NCBI GenBank assembly: GCA_030390025.1
Contig: CM059432.1
Coordinates: 129,148,001 to 129,212,000 of the forward strand
Direction: 5' to 3'
Source of the DNA: Squalus acanthias
Taxonomy: Eukaryota
DNA: 64,000 bases
In this document: positions 11,703 to 23,102 of the stretch, piece after piece
Layout: each line of letters opens with the position of its first letter
Numbering within the stretch: the first letter of the stretch is position 1
The notes under the pieces: model-generated
What the model was told of the DNA's origin: nothing
The model's database searches: none
What the model saw: the letters and a program-made list of their open reading frames with translations, nothing else
Made by a program: the position numbers and the translations under genes

Positions 11703-12863
11703 CTAGAAGCGGCTTGCTATTAGTCGTTGACGGACGGCCCTTGCAGTTTGACCATTGTGGGCCGCCCTCCTGCCTTGGTGCTGCTGATGATCATCGTCCT
11801 CGTCCTCTTCCTCCTCTTCCTCCTCCTCCTCTGGTGGTGCTACAAGGCCTGGTGGCATTGGCTGGGTCCTGAGGATTGCCATGTTATGCAACATGCAGCA
11901 CACGACTACGAAGTTCGAAACTTGCTCAGGCGAGTACTGCAGGGCTCCTCCGGAATGGTCCAGACAGCGGAACCGTTGTTTCAGCACGCCGATTGTGCGC
12001 TCAATAATGTTCCTGGTTGCTTGATGGCTTTCATTGTACCGCAGCTCAGCAGGGGTGTTTGGCGTACGGAGCGGTGTCATCAGCCAGGTGCTCAATGCGT
12101 ACCCCTTGTCCCCGAGAAGCCAACCAACTGGCTGATGCGGTGCCTCGAAAACTTCTGCCACAGTAGTCTGGCGCAGGATGAAAGCATCGTGGCAGCTGCC
12201 CGGATAGTGGGCATTGACAGCGAGTATCACCTGTCTGTGGTCACAGACCAACTGCACATTCAAGGAATGGAACCCCTTTCTGTTCCTGAATTCCTCTGCA
12301 TTCTCTCGCGGAGCACGCAAAGCCACATGCGTGCAGTCAATGGCGCCCTGCACCATGGGGAAGCCCGCTACCCTCGCAAAGCCCAGAGCGCGGTCACGCT
12401 GCTTGTCTGGGGTCATAGGGAAAGAGATGAAGTCTCGTCTCCTTCTGAAGAGGGCATTGGTGACCTGCCGGATGCAGCGATGCACCGCAAACTGGGAGAT
12501 ATTGGCGAGGTCCCCAACAGCAGCTTGGAATGAGCCAGTGGCGTAGAAGTTCAAAGCCACTGTGACCTTCACTGCCACCGACAGAGACGTCCTGGACCTC
12601 AGCTGAGGCTGCAGATCTGGCTGCAGCAGGTGGCAGAGCTCAGTGACCACCTCCTTGCTGAATCACAGCCTTCGCAAACACAGCTCCTCGGACATATGGA
12701 TGTAGGAGAGCTGTTCACGATATACCCTGGGAGAGTAAGCTCTCCTGTACATGCGCCTGATGGCCCTCCTCCGTCTGGCCATCATTGCCACTCTCTGTCT
12801 GCGTCTTGGTATCCTCCGATTCAGCTGGAGCAGGACGACGCCCCCAATCATTGCAGCCCCCAT
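11703..12863 (-). pseudogene. Harbinger transposase of the inner copy, with one nonsense mutation
   Basis: Same 1161-nt length as the outer transposase. CGA>TGA at 12663-12665 (CLRRL*FSKE). DDE motifs otherwise intact. Confidence 0.9.
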
Positions 12864-13512
12864 ATTCTCTTTGCCAGAAAAGTAATGAGGTACAGCAACT
12901 AAAGTAGCAACAAAGTTAGGATGAATAGGCAAAACTACCTCACAAAGCGTTGAGTCAATGTAGAAGTCTCTCTCACTCTCTCTCCGAATCTCTCTCTCTC
13001 TCTCAGAACGAGTGGTGCATAAATGTCGACCACAGAAAAAGACAGGAAGAGGCCCCCTTTAAATAGCGCCCCCCCCAGCCCCACACCGATTGATAGCGTT
13101 CCAGTCTTCCGGTCGTTGGAAGCGCCAGGCGGTAAGGCAGGGGGCGCCACTCAATTTCCGCTCCGGGGCGCCCCAAGGGCGTTGCACCATGGAATGACGT
13201 CACAATCTGCGCGCGCAGGTGGTCGCAGCGGTAAGTTTTAGCGCCGCCGCACAATCTCAAGTTAAGTTCTCGAGCGGCGCAAACATCGCTGCGCCCGGGC
13301 GTTAGCGGCTTAACGCCCCATTAGCGCCCTCTTAAGGCGCTAACGGGTGGCGCAACCAAGTGAATTTTTACCCCATAGAAATAAACACAAAAAAACAGTC
13401 ATTAACATAACTGGTTCTCACAACCTGGAGATAATGTCCAAAACACTAGACAAAAGTTGGACCACGAACCTCGGCCTTTAATAAAAAAATGACCAGCATT
13501 TTGTCACACCTC

Positions 13513-15332
13513 CTACTTTTTGCCCTTCGAGGGTGATCTCCTTCCCTTGCGCCCTTCCCCCCTTCTAACCCTACTGCTCCTCCGTAATGGGACCTCAGTG
13601 GCTGCAGCAAGGCTGGTGGAAGGCTGCTGATTGTCAGACCCTGACACTGCAGATGCCCCTGAAGGACGGCCTCGACCAGTTCTGGGCCTGGAGGGCCCGG
13701 CTGCAGACTGCACCAACTCTGCATGGGCGGCAGCAGTCTGTCCTACAGGCGGTGGCAAGTGCAGTGGAGAAGTGACAGTGTTGGCAGCAGGAATGCTGTC
13801 ATCGTGAGAGAGGACAGCAACTCCCTGCTCGACCGACACACTGGCACTCCCACGGGGCAGCACTTCAGTATCCGGAGCAATCTGCTGGAGCACAGATTGC
13901 TGGCCTGCTGCGGCGCGGTGAGAGCCCTGGGGACATGTGAACGAACCATCGAGGTTGGCAGCAGTCAGTGCTCGCGTGGCCTCAATCTGAGTCTGCATGA
14001 GAGCAGTCAGAGATGGGATCACGGCAGTCAGTGACTGAATTGCAGCACTAAGCTTTAGTGTGGCATCCGCCTGTGCTACAGCGAAGTGCTCCACACTCCT
14101 TGCCAGTGACTCAATGCATTCGGGCACCCTTCCCACTGCACCCATGAGCTCAGTGTGCATGCCCACCGCCTGGGTGTTAATTTCTGCGATCAGCCGCTCC
14201 TCCTCTGCGTCCATTGCAGTAGGAGTCGCTGGCATACTCTCCCACTGGGGAGAAGGCCCCCGTTCTTCCCTACCCCCATGGCGTTGCTGCAGCCCACTGG
14301 GTCCTGGAGCTTCACCCTCATCAGACCCTTCCCCCCTGCTCCCCTCCAGGGAAGGCGTGTTCCCAGTGTGGACATGGGCTTCCTCGGGAGAGGTTGGCAC
14401 TGATGCTCCGGCTTCCTCTTCCTCCTCGGCTGCAGCTTCACTCCCAGTGGCAGCTTCAGGGCCCGTCTCCTCAGCTGGTGAATCACCATCTGAAAGCAGG
14501 GAGGTACAAGAGTGGCTTTAGCGTGAGGACAGGGTGGCAGTAAGGGAGGAATAAGTGCAGCGAGTTAGCAAGTTGGATTGAAAGTGTCAAAGGCTGGTGT
14601 TGTGAGGGACAAGTGGAAGGACAGAGGACAAAAAGGTGATGACCTTACCATTGCTGTCCAGAACGGGGTCGGCGTCTCCAGTGGCGACCGGACCGATCAC
14701 CCGGCTTGCCACAATCCTGTGGACGCGCTCCTCAAGATCGCTGAGGGGTTGCAGCTGAGGCCGCCCTCCACCTGTCCGTTGCTGCTGTCTCCTATTATGC
14801 GCCAGCTTGGCCTGCAAGAAAAAGGACAGCATCTGAGTAAATATACAGCCATGGTCTTGCCTGATGTGCCTCCCATAGGTGAATAGCCCTTACTGTATGC
14901 AGCCATGGTCTTGCCTGATGTGCCTCCCATAGGTGAATAGCCCTTACTGTATGCAAAGTGTGGAATGTGTGTGTGTGTTTCATGAAAGGGCCATAGGTGT
15001 TGGATGAGTGTTGTGCATTGGGGTTTTAAGACCCTCTGGCCATAGAGTGAGGTTGAGATGGAGGGATGGAGAGGTATTGAGAAAAAGCTACTCACCCTGA
15101 CGACCCGAATGAGGTCGTTGAACTTTTTGCGGCATTGAACATGGGTCCTGGGCACCATGCTCCTGGAGGAGACGCTCTGAGCCACCTCCCTCCACACTCT
15201 TCTGTACTCGCGTGGCAAAGGCCTCCTGCCACTCTCAGGGAAGAGTATAGATCTTCTGCGCTCCACCGCGCCAACCAGAGCATCCAAGGCCCGCTCGGTG
15301 AAGCGATGAGCGCGTTCTCTCACCCTCTCCAT
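13513..15332 (-). CDS. Harbinger Myb/SANT-like partner of the outer copy, 3 exons (15332-15096, 14811-14649, 14489-13513), 458 aa, open
   Basis: Exon sizes 237, 163 and 977 nt with the same splice sites as the inner copy. No stop in the spliced frame. Confidence 0.88.
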
Positions 15333-16636
15333 CCTTGGCAGCAAAATGGATTCACAGGTCTCTCCAGGCCGAAATTCAAGGCTGCAATGAGCAGGGTGTG
15401 GCTGGGGAGCAAGTTGGCGCCCCCCCCTTTAAGAACTGGCCGGCGCCAGTGTGTCTGTGTTCCCTCGCTAACTGGCAGCACCTGCGCTGCGCTCGCGCGC
15501 TGAGTTAGCGCCTCACTGCTCGGCCTTTGCGCCTTAAGACAGGTGTGCAGCGCCTGATTTAGCGCTCCACTCACCTCCCGGGGCGGTAAAAGTGAAGTTT
15601 CCAGTCAGTGGCGATAATTAGCGCCAGGCGCTAATTTTTGCGTCCAGACGATATTTGTGCCCCAAATGGGGCACAACCTAATTTTTCCCCCTTGGTCTCC
15701 TTAACTAAGGAAAAATATACTTGCCATAGTGGGAGTGCAATGAAGGTTCACAAGACTAATTCCTGGGATGGGGGGATTGTCCTATGAGGAGAGATTGAGT
15801 AGCCTAGGCCTATATTCTCTAGAGTTTAGAAGAATGAGAGGTGATCTCATTGAAACATACAAAATTCTTACAGGGCTTGACAGGGTAGATGCAGGGAGGA
15901 TGTTTCCCCTGGCTGGGGAGTCTAGAACCAGGGTCAGAATAAGTCTCAGAATAAGGGGTCGGCCATTTAGGACTGAGATAAGAAATTTATTCACTCAGAG
16001 GGTGGTGAATCTTTGGAATTCTCTACCCCAGAGGGCTGTGGAGGCTCAGTCGTTGAGTATATTCAAGACAGAGATCGATAGATTTTTGAATATTAAGGGA
16101 ATCAAGGGATGTGGGGATAGTGCAGGAAAGTAGAGATGAGGTGGAAGATCAGCCATGATCTTATTGAATGGCGGAGCAGGCTCGAAGGGCCAAATGGCCG
16201 ACTCCTGCTCCTATTTCTTATGTTCTTATTACAACAGTGACTACATTTCAAAAATACTTACTTGGTTGTAAAGTGCTTTAGGACATCCTGAGGTTGTGAA
16301 AGGTGCTATATAAATGCAATTTTTAAAAATCCAGTCTCATGTTCTGGCCTGGATTCCTGTGACTTTTAGTTTAATTAGAAGTTTTTTTTTAATGTGGCAC
16401 TATGTCTACAGCTTTTTAAAAGTTTAAAGAAACAATATCATAAGGAGGGAATGTCACTATCTACTTTATCTGTAGCTTCCTCAAAGAAGTCAGATAGTTT
16501 TGTCAGGCAGGAACTTCTGCTTCTAGTTCATGCTGGCTGCATCTTATTAGAATGGATATTTTACTTGTAACTGATGTTCAGCTAATGGGCCTATAGCTGC
16601 CTGGAGCGGTTTTGTTGCTGTTTTTAGATAGAGCTA

Positions 16637-17042
16637 CAGGAAACTCTTCATTAACCGGCACCGACGGGACCGGCGTGGTGCCGGTTTATCGAAAGTACCG
16701 GATAACGGAGAGTTATATCTACCGAGGCTATTTTTAACAAAGAAAAATAAATAAATCAAGAAATGTGCAGTATACTTCCGACAGCGCCAGGAGGCCGAGT
16801 AGTGGCACTTTTGAAAACTACCCCTACTGACTAAATCGGCGTTCGCGGACTCGGACTCGGACTCGGGATCGGCAACATTGCCGGTTATTTGAGAGGAGTT
16901 TTCGGAGTACTCGGCGTTCGCGGAGACTCGACTGCGACTCGGCAACATTGCCGGTTATTTGAGAGGAGTTTTCGGAGGATGATTTTTGCCGGTTAAGCGA
17001 GAATTCCGGATATTTGGGTGCCGGATAAACAAAAGTTTCCTG
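16637..17042. mobile_element. Tc1/mariner (Tigger/pogo-like) MITE inside an old CR1 fragment
   Basis: TA|CAGGAAACTCTTCATTAACCGGCACC...GGTGCCGGATAAACAAAAGTTTCCTG imperfect TIRs of about 26 bp. Internal direct repeats. Confidence 0.6.
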
Positions 17043-17229
17043 TTGTATGTTTGCCTGATTACAGTCCTTTGGAACTTCACTGATGCTAAGCAATTCTTCC
17101 AAGACAATAGCCAATGCTCCACATATTTCCACCATTGTCTTCTTCATTATCCTAGGGTACATTCTAAGTAGCGCGGGGGATCTGTCGAACTTATTCAGCC
17201 ACCTTTGCCATGCTGAGTTCAAAATCCTC

Positions 17230-17462
17230 TAGGAGTGGTTAGAATGTGGAACTCGCTACCACAAGGAGTGATTGAGGTGAATAGCATAGATGTATTTAAA
17301 GGGAAGCTAGATAAGTACTTGAGGGAGAAAGGAATAGAAGGATATGTTGATAGGGTGAGATGAAGTAAGGTGAGATGAGGCTTGTGTGGAGCATAACCAC
17401 TGGCATAGACCAGCTGGGCCGAATGGCCTGTTTCTGTGCTGTAAAATTCCATGTAATTCTAT
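17230..17462 (+). mobile_element. 3' end of a CR1-group LINE
   Basis: GTGGTTAGAATGTGGAACTCGCTACCACA...GGGCCGAATGGCCTG. A similar copy lies at 45665-46203. Confidence 0.7.
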
Positions 17463-18139
17463 GCAAAGGGACATTGCCAGGGGACAAGTGGTGAAGAGCA
17501 CAATCCACCTCAACCAGTAGCAGAAGAGGGCCCTGGCCGTAGCCACCTTATGTAAGTTGGTGAATATGCAGCATGCCTTGTGTTGGCTCCATGCTTGCTC
17601 CTTGTTACTTGCCATATTTCACGGATCACAGGACAGACAGATAGGCTGGAATTTTATGGAGTCCGTGCCGGCAGGATTGGAGGCGGGTTGGGAGGGAAAT
17701 TTGAAATAACTTGGAGCGGGTCGGGAACCCGTCGTCATCCCACCCTCACGCGCCTTTCCCTCGGGCGCGTTTGCCAACGGGGCAGTGACCCAAACGGCAA
17801 AGGCGGCCAAGCTAATTTAGATGATTATTAGGTACTCGTCAGACCCTTAAGCATCTTTTTAACCCTACTTTTCAAATTTCCCTGGATGACCACGGGAATC
17901 ACGCAGCTCGGGAACCACGTCCGTGAACCTGAGGTGGAAGTTCAGTGGCCATTGATACAGCTCATTAGTTCACAGCATGGAAAGCACAATAAATACTCCC
18001 ACCTGACACCTGGTTACTTTCCTAAGGTAGATGCTATTGCTGAGTGCATTGTCAGCACAAATTTAGCTTACTAGAGGTTGCAAGTGTTTTCAGCAATGTC
18101 GGGATCCACTGTCACCTTATTGGTACAACCTATCACACG

Positions 18140-19323
18140 ATGAGCCCCAACACCAGCAACAACAGGCACACCAGCTGTACCAACAACAACACCACCAACC
18201 TTCTCCTCAACCACCTGATGCTGCACAGGACAGAGGGCATCAGCGCAGGGCTGCACCGCGCCGGAGGCGATACCCGCCAACACAGGGTATACAGGCAGAG
18301 GATGAGCTTCCTCAACATGACTGAGCAGCAGTTCCAAAGGAGGCTCAGGCTATTGTGCCAGGTCGTCGCAGACATTTGCAGATTGCTGGAGCAAGACCTG
18401 CAGCCCAGAAGATCGGGTGGACATGCCTTACCAGTGGCTGTCAAAGTCACCAGCGCCCTCAACTTCTTTGTCTTAGGCTCCTTCCAGGGATCTGCAGCAG
18501 ACTTGTGCAGCATCGTGCAGTCAGCTGCCCACAGATGCATCACACAGGTCACCGATGCCCTGTTTGACAAGTCAGCCAATTATATCAACTTTGCCACTGA
18601 TGAAGCCAGTGTTACTGAGCAGGCGCTCGGCTTTGCCGCTCTGGCTGGCTTCCCACGGGTGCAGGGCGTCATCGACTGCACACATGTGGCCATCCGGGCA
18701 CCCCACCATCACCCAGGAGTCTTTGTCAACCATAAGGGTTTCCATTCTCTCAATGTGCAGCTCGTCTGCAACCATAGGAAGATCATCATGCATGTGGCGC
18801 CAAATTCCCTGGCAGCTGCCATGACCCTTTCGTCCTTTGTCAGTCCACCCTCCCTCAGCTCTTCGGTCCTCCAAACAGACTTTCTGGCTGGCTGCTTGGA
18901 GACAAGGGCTATCCACTGAAGACATGGCTCAGGACACCCTTGAGGAGGCCAACTACTGAGGCCCAGGAAAGATATAATGAAAGCCACATTTCCACCAGAT
19001 GTGTCATAGAGCAGACAACAGGCGTGCTGAAAATGTGCTTCAGATGCCTTGACAGATCTGGAGGAGCCCTTCAGTACGCATCAGCCATGGTCACCAGAAT
19101 CGTTGTTGCCTGCTGCACCCTACACAACATAGCGCAGCAGCAAGGATTAGCTCTGCATGAGGAGCAAGGCACTGAGTGCACAGCCTCTTCAGAGGAGGAG
19201 GAGGGGCATCAGCTGGAAGACAAGGAGGAGGAGCTTGAGGAACCTGCGGTCCAAATCCCATCAGCACCCGAGCACATTGCTGCCGGGGGCCAGGGATGGC
19301 CTCATCATGGCCAGATTTACTTA
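18140..19323 (+). pseudogene. Harbinger transposase, frameshifted and stopped
   Basis: [26 protein letters not shown] and [20 protein letters not shown] occur in two frames. Frameshift near 18795. Confidence 0.88.
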
Positions 19324-19649
19324 ACTTCAGGCATTACATCCATATGGCTGCCATATGCTGTGCCAGGCTCTCAACACCCCACAGCAACACCATAAAGCGT
19401 CCCTACAATGACCAAGCCATTCCTTTCACACTGACCACCATTGCTGGAGGTAACGTTATGTTTCACCATTCACTCCAACTCACTAAGCCACTTTCAAAGT
19501 TGCAGACAGAATTGGCCATGACCGGAAAGTGGTGAAAATAATAATTTTTATCTATGATATCAGATTAACGTAAACTTCACACAAACAGTTATTAAAACAC
19601 CCAAGTGCTATCCCATGTGCATCTGCTTGTGTTTCATCTTTTTCTTATG

Positions 19650-21478
19650 CTTGCTTCTACGAAGTGCTACCTCTGTGGCTTCAGCAGAGGTAGAGGCAGC
19701 CTGCTCACTTCACTGCTGCGACTGCATAGACACTTTTGGCGGACGTCCTCTGGGTCTTGGAGCCTGTGATGGCCCCGCCAAAGTCTGCTCCTACTGTGCA
19801 GAGGCAGACTTGGCCATCGCGATCCTAGAAGGCAAGTGGGGCTCTGCCTGAGGGGGAGGCAATGGGGGAGAAGTGTGAGTGCTTTGAGAGGAGCCCCCAC
19901 TTCCATGTCCCTTCTCAGCATCATCCCTCTCATGGACCACTCACACTTCCCTGCTAGCAAGGAGCTGGAGAGCACATTGCTGCACAGCAGTGGGGCCATG
20001 AGGACCCAAGTCTACGTTTACATCCCTCCTAGAGAGGAGGTCTATGAGCGTCTGCCATCTATTCTCCATAGATACCAGGTGCTCCTGTGAGTGGCGCATT
20101 AGCTGCTCCATGCAGGTGGCCATCCTTTCCATGGAAGAGCCTACAGTCACCTGCGACACGGTGGTGCTCATGTTGGAGATGGACTCCTCCATTCTCTGCA
20201 CATGTGCAGGCATCACGGTTGCAAAACCTGTCAGAGTCCCCTGCACTTGCTGCCCCTCCAGGATCGCCCTCTTTCTCGATGGCCCCCGATGCTCAGCGTC
20301 TGCATATAGCTGAGCAGAGCTGGGAGTGTCCTGCACCCTCCGGCGAGGAGTCTCCACTGCTGTCCCTGTCTCCACCATCTCCTCTTGCCCACTTGTGACT
20401 TGTGACACACCAGGTGACAACACTACTCTGTCTCGCATGGGACCCACCGAGGTGTGCGTATCTGCGCTGGTGCTGGGCGCGCTTCTGTCTGGTGATGGTG
20501 CGCCCTCAGAGGCTGGAGGCTCCTCTGAGGAATCGTCTTCCTCTTCCTCCTGGACAGTGAGGTGTGGGCGCTCTTGATGGACCTGTGGGAGAATAAAGAG
20601 ATGAGTTAGAAATATCATATCAAGAATGGGCAACGATACCATTATGCACATGATGAACATTCACTGGCTGCTGACATCAGACCCCATATGAGTGACTGCT
20701 GTATGTCATGTGGTTGTATGAGATGTAATTCTGTCACCAGGTTGCTGAGATGTCTCCCTCTCTCCGTCTCCCACCGCCAGCATCTCTCCAACTCCTGAGA
20801 CGTCCATGGCAACCTCCTCTGCTGCAGTTAAGGTGGCCAATGATGGAGGGCCACCTCCAGTTCTCTCCCTTTCCCTCTTATTGTGGGTTCTCTTCTGCAA
20901 GGAGGGAAAGAAGAGAAGTTTGAGTGAGAGCGATGGAATGAGTATAAGGAATGGATGGGTAACATCTTTAGAGAGTGACTATGATGGAGTGGGGTGGCAA
21001 TGCCAAGTGGCCTCCTTGTGTGGTTTTACTTGCTATGATTGCATTAGGATGAGGGTGAGTGTGAGGGGTGGTTAGTCAGATGGGAATGTGATAACGTTGA
21101 CAGAGAGAGAGGGACGGATGGACGTGCAAGGTATGTTGGTGTGAGTAATGATGTGCAGGAGCAGGGTTGGGAAGGCAGAGTGATGGGGATGTGATGAGAG
21201 GCACAGCAGGATGAAGTTGAGTGTGGCTTTGCACTCACCTTTCCTGCTCTCATGAGATCATTGAAGCGTTTCCGGCACTGCACTCAGGTCCTCCTGACCA
21301 CATCCCTGCTGTTGATCTCCTCTGCTATTTGGAGCCAGGCTCCTTTGGTCTGCTGAGGAGGTCTCTTCCGCCCGTCTGAAGGGCAACGGACCTCCCTGCG
21401 TGCTCTGACTCCCTCCACAAGCATATGGAGGGAGTCATTTGAAAACCTGGGTGCAGCCCTCTGCCTCTGTGCAGTCAT
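19650..21478 (-). pseudogene. Harbinger Myb/SANT partner gene, 3 exons (about 21478-21239, 20894-20738, 20582-19650), disrupted
   Basis: MTAQRQRAAPRFSNDSL...QCRKRFNDL; KRERERTGGGP. Frameshift at about 21284. Confidence 0.8.
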
Positions 21479-21486
21479 GCTTCAAA

Positions 21487-23102
21487 GGGGGAAAAATTTG
21501 TCCCCTTAGCGCCACTCTTTAGTGCCAGTACATGGCGCTAATGCGGCGTTGAGACCTGTCGAATCCAGTGCAGTATGCCAAATCAGGACCCCCACATAGT
21601 GCTGCCGGTAACAGCGATCGCCGGGGACTTCAACGCCAGGGAGATCATGATGTCAGTGAGTGTGCAACGCTCACTGAACACCCGATCTGCCAAATTGCTT
21701 CTTGCCACTTACCTCACCGCCTGGAGTTAACAACAACAGGGAGAGCTGGCATGCAGCACCAGGAAGCCCGCTCCAGGGGCGTTATTTAAAGGGATCAGCC
21801 CCAATCACTCGAACCTGACAGGTTAGTGAAGTTTCAGTGCCCGTGTGTTCATTCCTGATACTGCAATAGTTTTATTTAGTGATTTGAAGGTTCTTTGGTA
21901 TCAGGAGTGTTGTGGCAAGTAGAAAAGTGCAAAATTTATTCTTGAAAGATTCAATCTACAACACTTGCTAAAAGTCATTGGGGCTATACTGGTAGTCCAC
22001 TTTGCCCTCCAGGATCTACAGTGGAGGGAGCGGAGGCAATGAAGAAGACGGGAACATGTGTGCAGAGAGAGGAAGAAGAAGATGAGGATAAAGAAGATGA
22101 GGAGGAAGAAGATGAGGAGGAAGAAGACAAGGAACTGGAGGGAGGGAGGAGGCAGCTGGACAATTAGGCTTCCAGATGGGCAGTCCGTGACCGGCTCATC
22201 AGACTCTGATTTGAATGAATGAAACCCCAGGTGAAATGAGAGAGACGACAAAATATTCCAAACTCTATTAATAAATTGATGCATAAACATATCACACATA
22301 TCACATGCATTCTAATAACTAATGACCCTTGTGCCTGCCATAGTTAAATAGCTGTCATTGTGTGCAAGGTGTAAGATGTGGGTATGAGTGTTGGTAGGTA
22401 GAGATTGTTGGTGGGTGAATGCTGGGGATGTGGTGCATTGAGCAGTGTGTGAAGCTTGTGATACAGATGGTGGTATGTAGCATTTGTTGAAGCCTTCACT
22501 CACCCTGCCTACCCGTGTGAGCTTGTTAAAGTTATTCTTGCACTGGATGTGGGTCCTGGGGATCACAGTGCTGCCTGTGATGTGGTGTGCCACCTCCCTC
22601 CACATAGTGCGGCAGACTTGTGGCAAGGGCCTCCTGCCAGTTGGTGGGTACAGGACCGCCCGCCTTCTCTCCACTCCTAAAACCAATGCCTCCAAAGCTT
22701 CATGGGAAAACCTGCGGGCTCTCTCCCTGGCGTGGCAATCTGCCATCAGGATTTGTAAGTAAGTGCTCCTTCTCCTTGTCCTTCTTCTTGTGGTTGTTGA
22801 GGCAGCTGCACACCCAACAATGCTGAGAATGAGGTACTGCAGCATCAATGGGCCTCCCCTTTAAGCAGTGAAAAAAGCCTGTGGCAATCATTACTTGCAT
22901 TTAGACTACACCCGATATTGGTCCATCTTTTCAGTGTAATGTCAATGAGCTTGGGTTTTTAGACTAGGATCATGACTGCAATCATTTTAATGAGGAGTGA
23001 GGACAAACTTTGCGTGCAGTCTAGACGATTATCACCTGGCGCTAATTCACCATTTTTAGTCTAAACACTGCCCATTCTTTGGCTATAACAAATTTCTAGC
23101 CC
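21487..23102 (+). mobile_element. Internally deleted Harbinger (A-like ends) inserted just upstream of the family-B Myb ATG
   Basis: TIRs GGGGGAAAAATTTG / CAAATTTCTAGCCC, flanks AAA/ATA. Retains an acidic transposase-tail-like tract and an open Myb exon 1 (22746-22504, minus strand). Confidence 0.85.

Larger units (their letters stand above)
9068..13374 (-). mobile_element. PIF/Harbinger transposon family A, inner copy, inverted relative to the outer copy
   Basis: TIRs GGGGTAGAAATT / AATTTTTACCCC. TSD ATA at 9065-9067 and 13375-13377. The empty site AAACTCATAGAAATAAAC is seen intact in the inner copy itself (minus strand, about 11535-11552). Confidence 0.96.
7219..15691 (+). mobile_element. 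PIF/Harbinger transposon family A, outer copy (own sequence 7219-9067 and 13375-15691)
   Basis: Perfect TIRs GGGGGAAAAATT / AATTTTTCCCCC. TSD TTG at 7216-7218 and 15692-15694. Convergent transposase (+) and Myb/SANT (-) genes. Confidence 0.96.
6248..16227 (+). mobile_element. 5'-truncated CR1 LINE (RT region 6248-7218, resumes 15692-16227), hosting the nested Harbingers
   Basis: RT ORFs 6201-6521 and 6485-7261. Removing the insertion restores the CR1 sequence GAGTTTTGGTCTCC. CR1 tail TTTCTTATGTTCTT at 16214-16227. Confidence 0.92.

Noticed and set aside
7219..15691. Assembly artefact or simple inverted segmental duplication
   Set aside because: The copies differ by many substitutions and by VNTR copy number, and each has its own TIR pair and 3-bp TSD.
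21901..22299. 132-aa membrane-protein-like ORF
   Set aside because: Antisense reading of an acidic (GAG/GAA) tract inside a deleted Harbinger.
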